Source of the DNA: Geosiphon pyriformis uo1 | Taxonomy: Eukaryota > Fungi > Glomeromycota | DNA length: 11,173 nucleotides | Assembly (NCBI GenBank): GCA_016748015.1 | Contig: JAAOMT010000285.1 | Coordinates: 1 to 11,173 of the forward strand | Direction: 5' to 3' | Shown: positions 1 to 8,872 of the stretch, piece by piece | Numbering within the stretch: position 1 is the stretch's first letter | Layout of the letters: the number at the start of each line of letters is the position of its first letter | The notes under the pieces: generated by a model | Seen by the model: only the letters and a program-made list of their open reading frames with translations | Told to the model about the DNA's origin: nothing | The model's database searches: none | Translations under genes and position numbers: made by a program

Positions 1-39
1 ATACTGGGGCTTTTTCTGATCATTTGTTAAAAGTTCCAC

Positions 40-430
40 AAGTAACAGGTACTATGGTGTATTGTTCTTGGTATGAAATTTTTAGTTCCTAAGTCTTTCA
101 GTCTAAATTTGCATTGGCTTTAAGAAGCCAATCATTTCCGACTAGAGCTTAGTATTGGGATGTATCCATAACTAGAACTTTGACTGAAATGGTGATTCCA
201 TCAATAGTGAATAGGAAATTGTCAATCTTTCTCACTGGTGTCTTTTTCATGCCATCTGCAGTTACAATTACAGTTTGGGCTGGTTTGTCAACAGTTTTTT
301 AAAGTTGTTGTATTAACTGGTAGGTGATAATACTTCCAGCTGATCCACTGTCTAGAATTAATCAGATGGATTTTCCTTCTACTGTGGCTTCAGTATACAT
401 GGAAGTAATAGCTTTTTGCTTATTGACTGC
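40..430 (-). other. Retropepsin (aspartic protease) domain of element A
   Basis: Manual translation: MYTEATVEGKSI*LILDSGSAGSIITYQL...VIVTADG...FTIDGITISVKVLVMDTSQY*ALVGNDWLLKANANLD. Catalytic DSG is at 344-352 and the ALVGNDWL motif matches the LLGxDFL-type C-terminal signature. Boundaries are approximate. Confidence 0.9.
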
Positions 431-979
431 TGCATTGCTAAGCAAGAATGATAATTCATTTGCTTCAAGTTCGAATGAGAATATATCTGATAGGTTGGCA
501 TTTTGGGCAATTTGGGCTGGTGGAATAGTATTGTTGGAAGAGTTTGATGTTAGTGCTGCAACTTCATCTTCAAAAAGTGCAGTTTGTTGAAAATCCGATC
601 CTTTAGGCATTGTAAAATAACTGGGTTGAGTGTGATAGTGATTGGGTCTTTGCTGACCAGAATTTTGGGAAACCAACTGGTTATTTGGGTTGATTCTGTT
701 GTTGTTATTCTGAAATTGATTTTGAGATGTGAATTGGTTATGTTGAACCAATTTTCTGGCTGGTACTTAATATTGTTGAGTGGATGGTATTTGATATTGC
801 TGAATTGGTAAAGGTTGCTAATATTGTTGTTGCATTGGTTGTAGAGCTAGTTGATAGTAACTGTTTTGATTTTGTGGTCTTGGTAAATAATAAGTTGGTG
901 GTGGAGATTGGTAATAAAATTGTTGTAATAAAGAATAACGTTGATTACTCCTGTTTTGTTGGTCTCTTTGCAATTTTCT

Positions 980-1021
980 GCAATCTTGTTTCCAGTGTCC
1001 TGGAATTCCACAATAATGACA
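980..1021 (-). other. Gag nucleocapsid CCHC zinc knuckle
   Basis: CHYCGIPGHWKQDC = CX2CX4HX4C in the gag frame. The ORF track misses it because of flanking stops. Confidence 0.95.
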
Positions 1022-2480
1022 ATTTTAAGGTTGGTTGTTGGATGGTAATTCAAAGTTGTTTTGGTTGCATCATTGTGGTGGTTGATATCTTTGTGATTGC
1101 TGCTGCTGTTGTTATTAATTGGTGAAATAGTTTTCAACTTTTTTTGTGAGTTGGTCTATTTTCTCTTCAGCTGCTGAGCTGGTTTCTCCAATAGCTAGGT
1201 TGACAAGTTTGGTGTGGTTTGCTTCTTCCATAGCCATTTTATAGTTCTTTATATGTCTAATAGCAGTTGTTAAGTTTTCTGGGGCATATAGACAAACTTT
1301 TTTAATTAATTTGTCCTTTAATTTTGCTATAAACTGATCCAGAATCTGGGCATCAGAATAGTATTCATTGGTTTCCAATTGCCGAATTCATCAAAAAAGT
1401 TTGTTAAATCTTCCCAGATAAGTCATAACAGTTTTAGATGTTTCTTGTTTGATATTGCAAAACCGATTATAAAGAGTAATAGATGTGTTGTTGTCAGTGA
1501 ATTGTTGTAAGAAAGCATCTTTGAATGCTTGCCAGTTTTCAAATGGTTCTTCTAAATTTTCAAACCATTCTTCTGCAGTTTCTTGAAGGAAATATGAGAT
1601 TGCTTTGAGCATTCTTGCTGTATTCCAACCATTTAAATCTCCTGCTTTCTGAATTTTATCAAGCCATTCTTGAGGGCTGGTATTATTGTCTTCACCAGTA
1701 AATTCTGAAATTTTTGCAATATAAGCAGTTGCCATTTCTTCTTCGTTTTCTGTGGTTTTTTTTTGTTTTGATTTAGTTTCTTCACTTTCCAAGTTTTCTG
1801 AATGATTACTTTTGTTTTCTTGTAAGTACTCAATAATATTGGTGCTTGTTGATATAGGTTCTTGCTGTTGAGTAGGATTTCTAGGTGACTGAAAGTCTTC
1901 TAGTCTGGAGAAATGGTTAAGTAGTGAACTTGGTGTTTGTGGTTGAACAAATAAAATTGGAAATGGTGTAATAGTAAGTGGTAATTTAACACTGGTTCTT
2001 TGTTCAGGTGTTTGTAAGTGTTTGGCAGTTGTTTTTGGTAGTATTGGAGTGTTTGGAGTGGTTCTTGAGTATTGTTTCACTTTTTGTTTGCCTTTATTGC
2101 TTGTTTCTGTTTCTGATTCAAAGTCAATAGAGTATTAAGACTGGACTGGATATGTTTCTTCACAATACTTGATAATATTAAAATTGAGTTCCTGAAAGTA
2201 GGTGGCAAGTGTGTTACTGTTAAGATCTTCAGTTCCCAACTGTGAATAGTGCACTAAATTATTGTAAAGGTTGCTTTTCACTTCTGAAATGTTGTAATTT
2301 TCAAAAAGATAATTGTTGATGCAGTTTTCAATATATTGGTATACTGATTTTTTGACAACTTCAATTCCGTCTGGGATGTTGAATCTTTGCTTGCAGTAAG
2401 TGTAAATTAACTGATAATACTCTAGAATTGCTGTGTCTGGTGTGGTCACCACTTTGAATTTGTTGTTGCTGTGTTATTTC

Positions 2481-2495
2481 CATAAAAAAGCACCA
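2481..2495 (-). promoter_or_regulatory. Primer-binding site of element A (decayed)
   Basis: TGGTGCTTTTTTATG lies 2 nt after the LTR end (...TAACA-TT-TGG). It differs from the D copy (TGGTGCTCTCTCACG) by four C>T changes. Confidence 0.85.
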
Positions 2496-3105
2496 AATGT
2501 TACTAGAAGTTTTTAGTTTTTCTTGAATGTTGTAAATGTTGATTTTGCTGTGAATTCACGTTTCTGGGAAGTAGTTGGATCTTCAATAACTGAATTTATC
2601 TTCAAATTATCTTCTATAATTTGAACTGCTGGGCTTATAAGTAGAATGACCAATTCCTTGCCAGTTACTTTATGTAGTTATGTTGTAGTAAATGTTAACT
2701 TTTTCCCAGAAATTGCTTATCTGGAAGCTCACTAAAATGTGTAGTTCTTTTACTTTAAAAGTCAACTCTTCTACAAGAATCTTGTCTGTAGACTACCCTA
2801 ATGATTGTAATAAAAATAAAAGAAAAATAAAAGAAATGTAAAGGAAATAGAATTCTGTTAAGGAAAACGTTTTCTATTCAGGCCTGAAGTTACTAACAGA
2901 TTACTGAAATTGGTAGCTAATTAATTTCAAAATGTTAGTTGTGTTGAGAGAATTTCAAGTACAATAATCAAAGGATTTGGGTTTTGAATATTTAATTTTT
3001 ATTTAAAATATGTAAAAGGTGATTTGTTTCAATTAAAATATCTAAAGTAGGATACTATAGTAAGATACTATGAGAAGATACATTTTCTTGAAGAGAGAAG
3101 CTCTT

Positions 3106-3113
3106 CTTTTATA
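3106..3113 (-). promoter_or_regulatory. Putative TATA box of LTR A
   Basis: TATAAAAG on the minus strand, at the same relative position as TATATAAAAG in LTR D (10476-10485), just downstream of the phased motif array. Confidence 0.6.
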
Positions 3114-3160
3114 CAACTTGTAATACTAGTTTTTGAACTTGTACTTTTCTCTTTGCTACA

Positions 3161-3253
3161 ATTTGGGTAAACTAAAGATATATTTTGGCGAATTTACAAG
3201 TTATTTTACTGAACTATTGATTATTTCGGCAAATTTTCATTAATTTCGGCGAA
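3161..3253 (-). repeat. Phased array of five 11-bp motifs (consensus ~ATTTYGGCGAA on +) in U3 of LTR A
   Basis: Copies start at 3161, 3182, 3203, 3223 and 3243 (spacing 21, 21, 20, 20). Confidence 0.75.
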
Positions 3254-3462
3254 TTTTGACTATGTTAAAAGGTTCAGAGTATTGTGTAATTTGATTATCT
3301 TAATTTCTAAAATACAAATCGGATTATTGATTAAGTAATGATATTTGATAATTTGATTAAATAATAAGTGATAATCGAATTAATAATAATGTATGCTAAT
3401 TAATAATAGGAATTATAAGGGTAATTTCATGCTAATTAATAGCTAAAATTCTACTAGTAACA

Positions 3463-5030
3463 ATGCTAACCGAAAAAAACTATAGAACATCAGCACTAGA
3501 ACATTTAGCAATTTATTGGGCTGTCATGAAATGGAAGGAATATTTAAGCCAGAAATTTGAGATATATACTGATCACAAAGGATTAACTTCAATTCAGAAG
3601 CAAAAATTTGGAGACAATTGACATGTGAAATAAAAAATAGCACTTTCACTATATACTTTTACAGTACACTATAAAAAGGAAAAAAAAACAGAAATGCTAA
3701 TGGTTTGTTGCAAATAAAACAAATCTGAACATTTCAACCCAAAAATATAATAAAAGATGAATACACAAAAATATTAACAACTCCAGTATTATATAAATAT
3801 TTAACAGTTTAAAAAGAAACAAAACAACATAAAATAACAATTAAAATATTTTATCAACCATCAAAATATACTTTACCAAAAAAACAAAAGAAATCCAAAT
3901 CAACTAATTAGAGTAATTACAGAATCAGAAAAAGAGACAATATTGTTCAACATGCATTTAGATCCAACAGCAAAACATTTTTATAAAGAAACAACCATGA
4001 AAAAAATCAAAAAAAATACTATTGGCCATCAATATATTCAGACATCATTCAATATATTCAAAATTGTGATGCTTATTAGAGAAGAAGAGAAATCAGATCC
4101 AACAAACCATTGAGACCAATCAAAGTGAGACAATTATTTGATCATATTAAGATTGACTTAGTTAGACCATTAACAATAACCAGCAAAGGAAACAGATATA
4201 TTGCAGTAACTATGGATTACCTTACTAAGTGGCCAGAAGCCAAAGCCATTTAAAAAACAGATGCAAAATCTGTTGCCAAATTTGTTCATTAAGATCTAAT
4301 TTGTCAACACAGATGTCCAAAAAAACTACTATTAAATCAAGGAACTTACTTTGTAAACAAAACACTAGCAGAATTAAGTCAAAGATTTAGAATCAAAAAA
4401 CCATTATTATCACTATACAATCCACAAACAAATAGTTTAATTGAAAAATTTAACAGAACATTGTATGAAGCAATTGCCAAAATCAGCCAAGAAAATCAAA
4501 ACAAATAGGATTTATTTATACTATCAGTATTATTTGCTTATCAGACAATAAAACAAAACACTACACAAACAACACTATTTGAATTAATATATGGTAGAAC
4601 AGCAATATTACCAATAGAAATAGAAGTCAGCACATATCTAACTGAACCAATAACAGAAGACAATTTTCAAAAAACATTGTTGAGAAGAACATATAACTTA
4701 ATAGAAACACTAGAAAACAAATAATAAAGCACAGCTAATAATATTCAGAAGTTACAAAAAAAACAATGAAGTGGAAAATTTGACCCCAAATGAGATGAAC
4801 CATTTCACATAAAAGAAATTCTAGAAAATAGAGCTTATAAATTAAGATTGAACAACAAAATCTTAACCAAAGCAGCACATGGAGATTAACTGAAATCATA
4901 TTACAATATAGCATTATCATTTACCAGTAATATTTTACAATTGAAAGTAAAGAGAATACTAGTCCAACCAAATAAGATTTCATGAGATTTAGAACCAATC
5001 ATCATCATTGACACAAACATATCAAATTGA
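3463..5030 (+). pseudogene. pol: pol remnant of element B: C-terminal RNase H plus integrase (HHCC, DDE core, GPY/F region)
   Basis: RNase H 3463-~3720: EKNYRTSALEHLAIYWAVMKWKEYL..FEIYTDHKGL...YTFTVHYK..NRNANGL. Integrase ~3900-5030: MHLDPTAKHF..YYWPSIYSDIIQYIQNCDAY, IDLVRPL..GNRYI..MDYLTKWPEA, LLNQGTYF (catalytic D>N), YNPQTNSLIEKFNRTL, KFDPK*DEPF. Many stops and some frameshifts. Confidence 0.93.
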
Positions 5031-5054
5031 TTGACCAAAAGAATATATAAAGAC

Positions 5055-5705
5055 ATGATAAACATGATAGAAAATATCAAAAAAATAGAAATTATTAACG
5101 AAATTTACTTGCTAGCACAACAACTCTTTTAATTAATTCAACAACAAAATATAGAAATTACTATCAACTATTCGATACAAAGATACCAAAAAAATACCCC
5201 AATACAAAGTACAGAGAAAACCAAAAAACACCATCAACAAAATAATTCTAAAAGTAAAATTGGCAATAGAAGAACCAATAAGTGTTATCTCATATCAAGA
5301 ATTAACCAAAAAAACTTGAAAGTAATGGATACAAGAATTTCTAAAAAACTTTTGTTATTTTCACTTGAAACAATATTTGAATATCTAGAACTTATATATG
5401 AATAAAACAAAGCAATTATTCAATCCAGAAATATTACAACAACTTGAACAATTTGTGAGAAAAAATAATTTAACCACACAAACATGAGCCATCTATTAAT
5501 TACAAGTTGGATTTCAAGACTGACCAGAAATCTTACTCAATTCAACAATAGACTCTATTACCATTAACCAAATAGGAAAATAACCAATGCCCAATTTGAG
5601 GAATTATAAAACAAGATAACACAAGTAATTCTTGAAAAAGAAGTTCAAAAAATACTCAAAGATGGAGAATTAGAATTAAGAGATTTTGACAGAGCTCAAT
5701 ATTAA
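5055..5705 (+). pseudogene. Extra ~220-aa ORF of unknown function between integrase and PPT (element B)
   Basis: Reconstructed: MINMIENIKKIEIINEIYLLAQQLF*LIQQQN...WIQEFLKNFCYFHLKQYLNI*NLYMNKTKQLFNPEILQQLEQFVRKNNL...INQIGK/TNAQFEEL*NKITQVILEKEVQKILKDGELELRDFDRAQY*. It aligns codon by codon with the C copy, with synonymous and conservative changes. Confidence 0.8.
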
Positions 5706-5715
5706 AAGAAGAAAA
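5704..5715 (+). promoter_or_regulatory. Polypurine tract of element B
   Basis: AAAAGAAGAAAA ends 3 nt before the LTR start and overlaps the stop codon of the extra ORF. The same arrangement is seen in C. Confidence 0.75.
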
Positions 5716-5718
5716 TAA

Positions 5719-6603
5719 TATTACTTATAGAATATAAGAAATATATTAGCATATAAATTAACCAATCAGAAGTAGCTGTAGTAAATATGAAATTCTAAGA
5801 TTTTTTTCAAAGAAATTGCAAAATTTTAGGAATTTTAGAATTCTCATACAAAGAATTGCAAAATTCCAGAATTCCAGAATTCTCATACAAAGAATTGCAA
5901 AATTCCAGAATTCCAGAATTCTCCTTAAAAGAATTATAGAATTTTAGATATGAAAAAATGAGAAATTAAGAAATCTTAATTATGTATATATAATAGTAAC
6001 ACTAAAAGCAAAAAAGACAGACTTTTCAGTTTAGATTTTATCTAAGCAATCTTTAAATTTACAAATATCAATAAATAATTATTTGCTATCTCAATCCACT
6101 CTTTACTATCAACACTTTATGTTAATAGTACTATATACTTGACTATACTGAAACAATAGCTCTTGATCATAGCTATTGACAAAATACTAACTTAATTGTT
6201 TTGGCTTATTTTTCTTTATTAAACTTTCTTTTCTTTTATTTTTCTCTTTATTGTTGTATACTAATTGTTTAAAGATTAAGTGCTGAGTTACTGACATTAG
6301 AATATAGCACTGGTAAAAGACCTAGGAATAAAAGTAGACACTCAAATTTGAGGATAGCTTACTAGAAAATTGCTGGCCACCACACCAAGAAAAAAATTAA
6401 TGGAATTGTAATTCTGAGAAGCAACAAACAAAACAAAACAACTTAACTTGAGGGTTAATACTTGAAACATTACTAAAAAAGAATCACATTTGAACTTCTG
6501 TTTATTATACAAAAAATTCTAACCAAAGCTTTCAGATAACCAAAACCTTCAGATCATAACTATTATATTAGCTATTAGTACTAAGTTACAGGTTTGTTAT
6601 TTG
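5719..6603 (+). repeat. 3' LTR of element B (~885 bp; terminal TAACA missing or degenerate)
   Basis: Starts TATTACTTA (probably decayed TGTTAC) after the PPT. CCAAT at 5762, TATATATAA at 5985, AATAAA at ~6068. Colinear with LTR C up to ...TTATTTG (6603). Confidence 0.82.
5837..5923 (+). repeat. Perfect 39-bp tandem repeat (2.2 copies) within a GAATTC-rich U3 array (~5790-5950)
   Basis: AGAATTCTCATACAAAGAATTGCAAAATTCCAGAATTCC starts at 5837 and 5876, with a partial third copy at 5915. A degenerate counterpart is at ~8655-8790. Confidence 0.92.
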
Positions 6604-8030
6604 ATTTAAAACTCCAAATAATCATCTATAATATTGCTTACTACAACTCAAGAACCAGAGCTAACCTCCCAACATGCTCAATAAATAGAATGAAAAATGT
6701 TATAAACAAAATATCTAAAATTACCAAAAACAATACCACCACCAGCCTTAATGAAATGCTTATTAATTTAATAAAGAAGGTACCAGCCAGAAAAGAAAGC
6801 AGATTCCATGAATGCATTAGTGGCTTTATTGTCTAATATACTTGAATGTCTCTTCACTTTATGTCAGCTAACTTTCAAATTTCTATTATAAATAGCACCC
6901 ACAATATGGTAATGTTTAATCCAATACTGGTTCTGAAAATTCAGACACAACAAACTCAATTCTGATTTATAAGTATTTAAAGCAGCCTAATTGTCTAAGA
7001 AGAAATAAACCAAACTGGAAGGCAGTATACACTCAAGTGCCAGCATAATAGCTTGCAACTCTGTCATAGTTGAAGACACTAAACCAGAAATTCTAACACC
7101 CAAACCCAAACCAATATCTTTAAAAAAAGCAGCTGTACCAGTCCTCATATCAATAGTTTCTAAACCACAAAGAAACCCATCCATATAGACAGAGAGAGGA
7201 CTAGCATTAACATTCAACAAATGGTTACAAATGACTTTAAACTCACTAGAATCAAGAATGTTTAACAAACTAGTGTTCTTAAGAAGAAAAAAACTAGCAG
7301 AAAAAAAAGCCAAACTACTGAGAAAACAAACAGAAAGATCGAACTATTCAAAAACAGAGCCATGTGAATCCAATTTCTTCTACTACTTAAATGTTTTCCA
7401 ATTAAAAACCATATCATTTCAGTCATAAAGCTGTTTTACAAAAGCTATTCTATACTGTCATAGCAAAGAAACACACTTATAAAATTTCAACACACCAAAA
7501 ACAAAAAACATAGAAGTACCACTCCAAAAATAAAAAGCATTAGTTATAAAACTATTCAAAAACAGATTACACTTCAGAAAAATGCAGACTATCCCAGCTA
7601 AAAAATTGTTCAAAAGATTAACACCCATACAAACTGGAAAGAGCACGAAATAATATGGAGGCCAGTTGAAAACCTGAAAATTATGTAATCTATGAGCAAA
7701 AAAATGGCCCCAAACTCCAATAAAATTAACAAAACAAACAATAGAAGCCAATTTGTTCTTAGTCTAAATTTGTTTAAAAGATTTTAAATCATTTAAAAAA
7801 AAGTGATGGAGTGCATTATTAGAAAAATTGGAAAGAAAACCAGATTTAGATTTCAAATTTTTGTGAATCAAAATGTCTTACTTATTATACAAACTAATAG
7901 AAATAAAACTGAATTAAGTCTTATAACTGATAATTAGATGAAGAACTGCTGAAACCAAATACAAAAATTGTTTGTTAGAGACTATCTTCCTCAAAACCAA
8001 ATTGGCAAAAAACTGGATATCTGAATATAC
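6604..8030 (-). mobile_element. Non-LTR retrotransposon (LINE) ORF2 fragment: post-RT region plus RNase H, pseudogenised
   Basis: Minus-strand coding remnant: SDIQFFANLVLRK..KQFLYLVSAVLH.IISYKT.., then RNase H SVYMDG...SSTMTELQAIMLAL...FLDN*AAL...VS*HKVKRHSSILDNKATNA (degenerate YTDGS / AELxA / SDS / HKVKGHSG..GNE.AD). This HVKGH-containing RNase H type is typical of non-LTR elements. The fragment has no LTRs of its own. Confidence 0.82.
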
Positions 8031-8857
8031 TGTTACAGATAATTATTTGCATAATTTGGTGCTAATTTACTCGATGATATTGGTAATATCTGAAGGTTTT
8101 GGTAATCTGAAAGTTTTAAGTTAGAGTTTTTTGTTTAATGAACAGAAATTAAATGGTGTACAATTCTTTAGTAGTAAGTCTTCCAATTTTTTTCTTTAAC
8201 TTAGTGGCCAGTTTATTCTGCCAGTCATGTCTTTCTGGTAAGCTATCCAATTTTCACTTTGTACCTTTCTATTTGGGTCTTTTACCAGACTATCTGTGAC
8301 ATTAATAACTCAATACTTAATTTTTAATTAATTAATCAACAACAAAAATAACAAAAAAAAAGAAAATAAAAATAAAAGAAAATAAAAAAATAAGCCAAAA
8401 TGATAAATGTTAGTATTCTATCAATAGCTGTAATCAAGAGCTATTGTTCTAGTGTGATTAAGTATTGGCCACTATTAACATAAAGTATTGATAGTGTAGA
8501 GTAGATTGAGATGGCAAATAATTATTTATTAATATTTGTGAATTAAAAGGTTGCTTAGATAAAATCTAAACTAAAAGGTCTAACTTTTTTACTTCTAATG
8601 CTACTGCTATATATACATATTTGAGGTTTTTCAATTCTTCTATTCTTCCTGTCAGGAATTCTGGAATTTCTAGAATCTTGTAATTTCTCGAAAGAAATTC
8701 TGAAATTTTGGAATCCTGTGATTTCTTATATAAGAATCCTGTAATTCTTGGAATTCTACAATTCCTCTGAAAAAAATCCTAGAATTCCCTCTTTTATTAT
8801 GTCTATTTCTGATTGGCTAATATATACTACTATAATTTTTATCTTTTATGAGTAATA
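8031..8857 (-). repeat. 3' LTR of element C (827 bp)
   Basis: Minus strand TATTACTCA...ATCTGTAACA. CCAAT (8812-8816), GAATTC-rich array and TATA-like element (~8608-8617) occur in the same order as in LTR B. Confidence 0.88.
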
Positions 8858-8860
8858 TTA

Positions 8861-8872
8861 TTCTCTCTTTTT
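8861..8872 (-). promoter_or_regulatory. Polypurine tract of element C
   Basis: AAAAAGAGAGAA, 3 nt before the LTR start. Confidence 0.78.

Larger units (their letters stand above)
1..2452 (-). pseudogene. gag: gag-protease polyprotein of element A, one frame broken by nonsense mutations
   Basis: ORF-track pieces 2135..2452, 1391..2080, 1115..1378 and 362..751 are all in the same frame and separated by TAA/TGA/TAG codons. It contains a retrotransposon-Gag-like segment (EFTGED..PQEWL..NGW..FLQETAEEWF..W.AFKDAFLQQF..KQE..V.TYL.RF), a zinc knuckle and a protease. Confidence 0.92.
1..3462 (-). mobile_element. Element A: 5' half of a Ty3/gypsy-type LTR retrotransposon (family 1), running off the left edge
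   Basis: Minus-strand order: LTR (3462-2498), PBS (2495-2481), Gag capsid-like region, CCHC knuckle, aspartic protease (LILDSGSAGSII). The LTR, PBS and gag start are homologous to 10089-11173. Confidence 0.93.
2498..3462 (-). repeat. 5' LTR of element A (965 bp)
   Basis: TG...CA termini with a 9-bp inverted repeat (TGTTACTAG / CTAGTAACA). Colinear with the reverse complement of 10089-11074. Followed by the PBS, with an abrupt junction to RNase H sequence at 3463. Confidence 0.93.
3463..6603 (+). mobile_element. Element B: 3' half of a Ty3/gypsy LTR retrotransposon (family 2)
   Basis: RNase H followed by integrase (gypsy order), extra ORF, PPT and LTR. ~4590-6603 is colinear with the reverse complement of 8031-10088. 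Confidence 0.92.

Noticed and set aside
324-1125. Plus-strand ORFs 324..590, 584..811 and 784..1125
   Set aside because: Antisense shadows of the C/A-rich gag-protease strand. Their V/L/I richness is the complement of Q/N codons and they carry no motifs.
847-1833. Minus-strand ORFs 847..1137 and 1633..1833
   Set aside because: Alternative frames overlapping the true gag frame, which holds the CCHC knuckle and capsid motifs.
5031-5705. Chromodomain or retroviral Env after integrase
   Set aside because: No chromodomain aromatic-cage pattern (such as YLVKWKG), and no signal peptide or transmembrane segment is recognisable.
5790-5950. CRISPR-like array (also considered for 3161-3253 and 10316-10427)
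   Set aside because: No long unique spacers and no cas genes. These are U3 repeats inside eukaryotic LTRs.
6594-7428. Plus-strand ORFs 6594..6836 and 7231..7428
   Set aside because: Antisense to the LINE RNase H frame.
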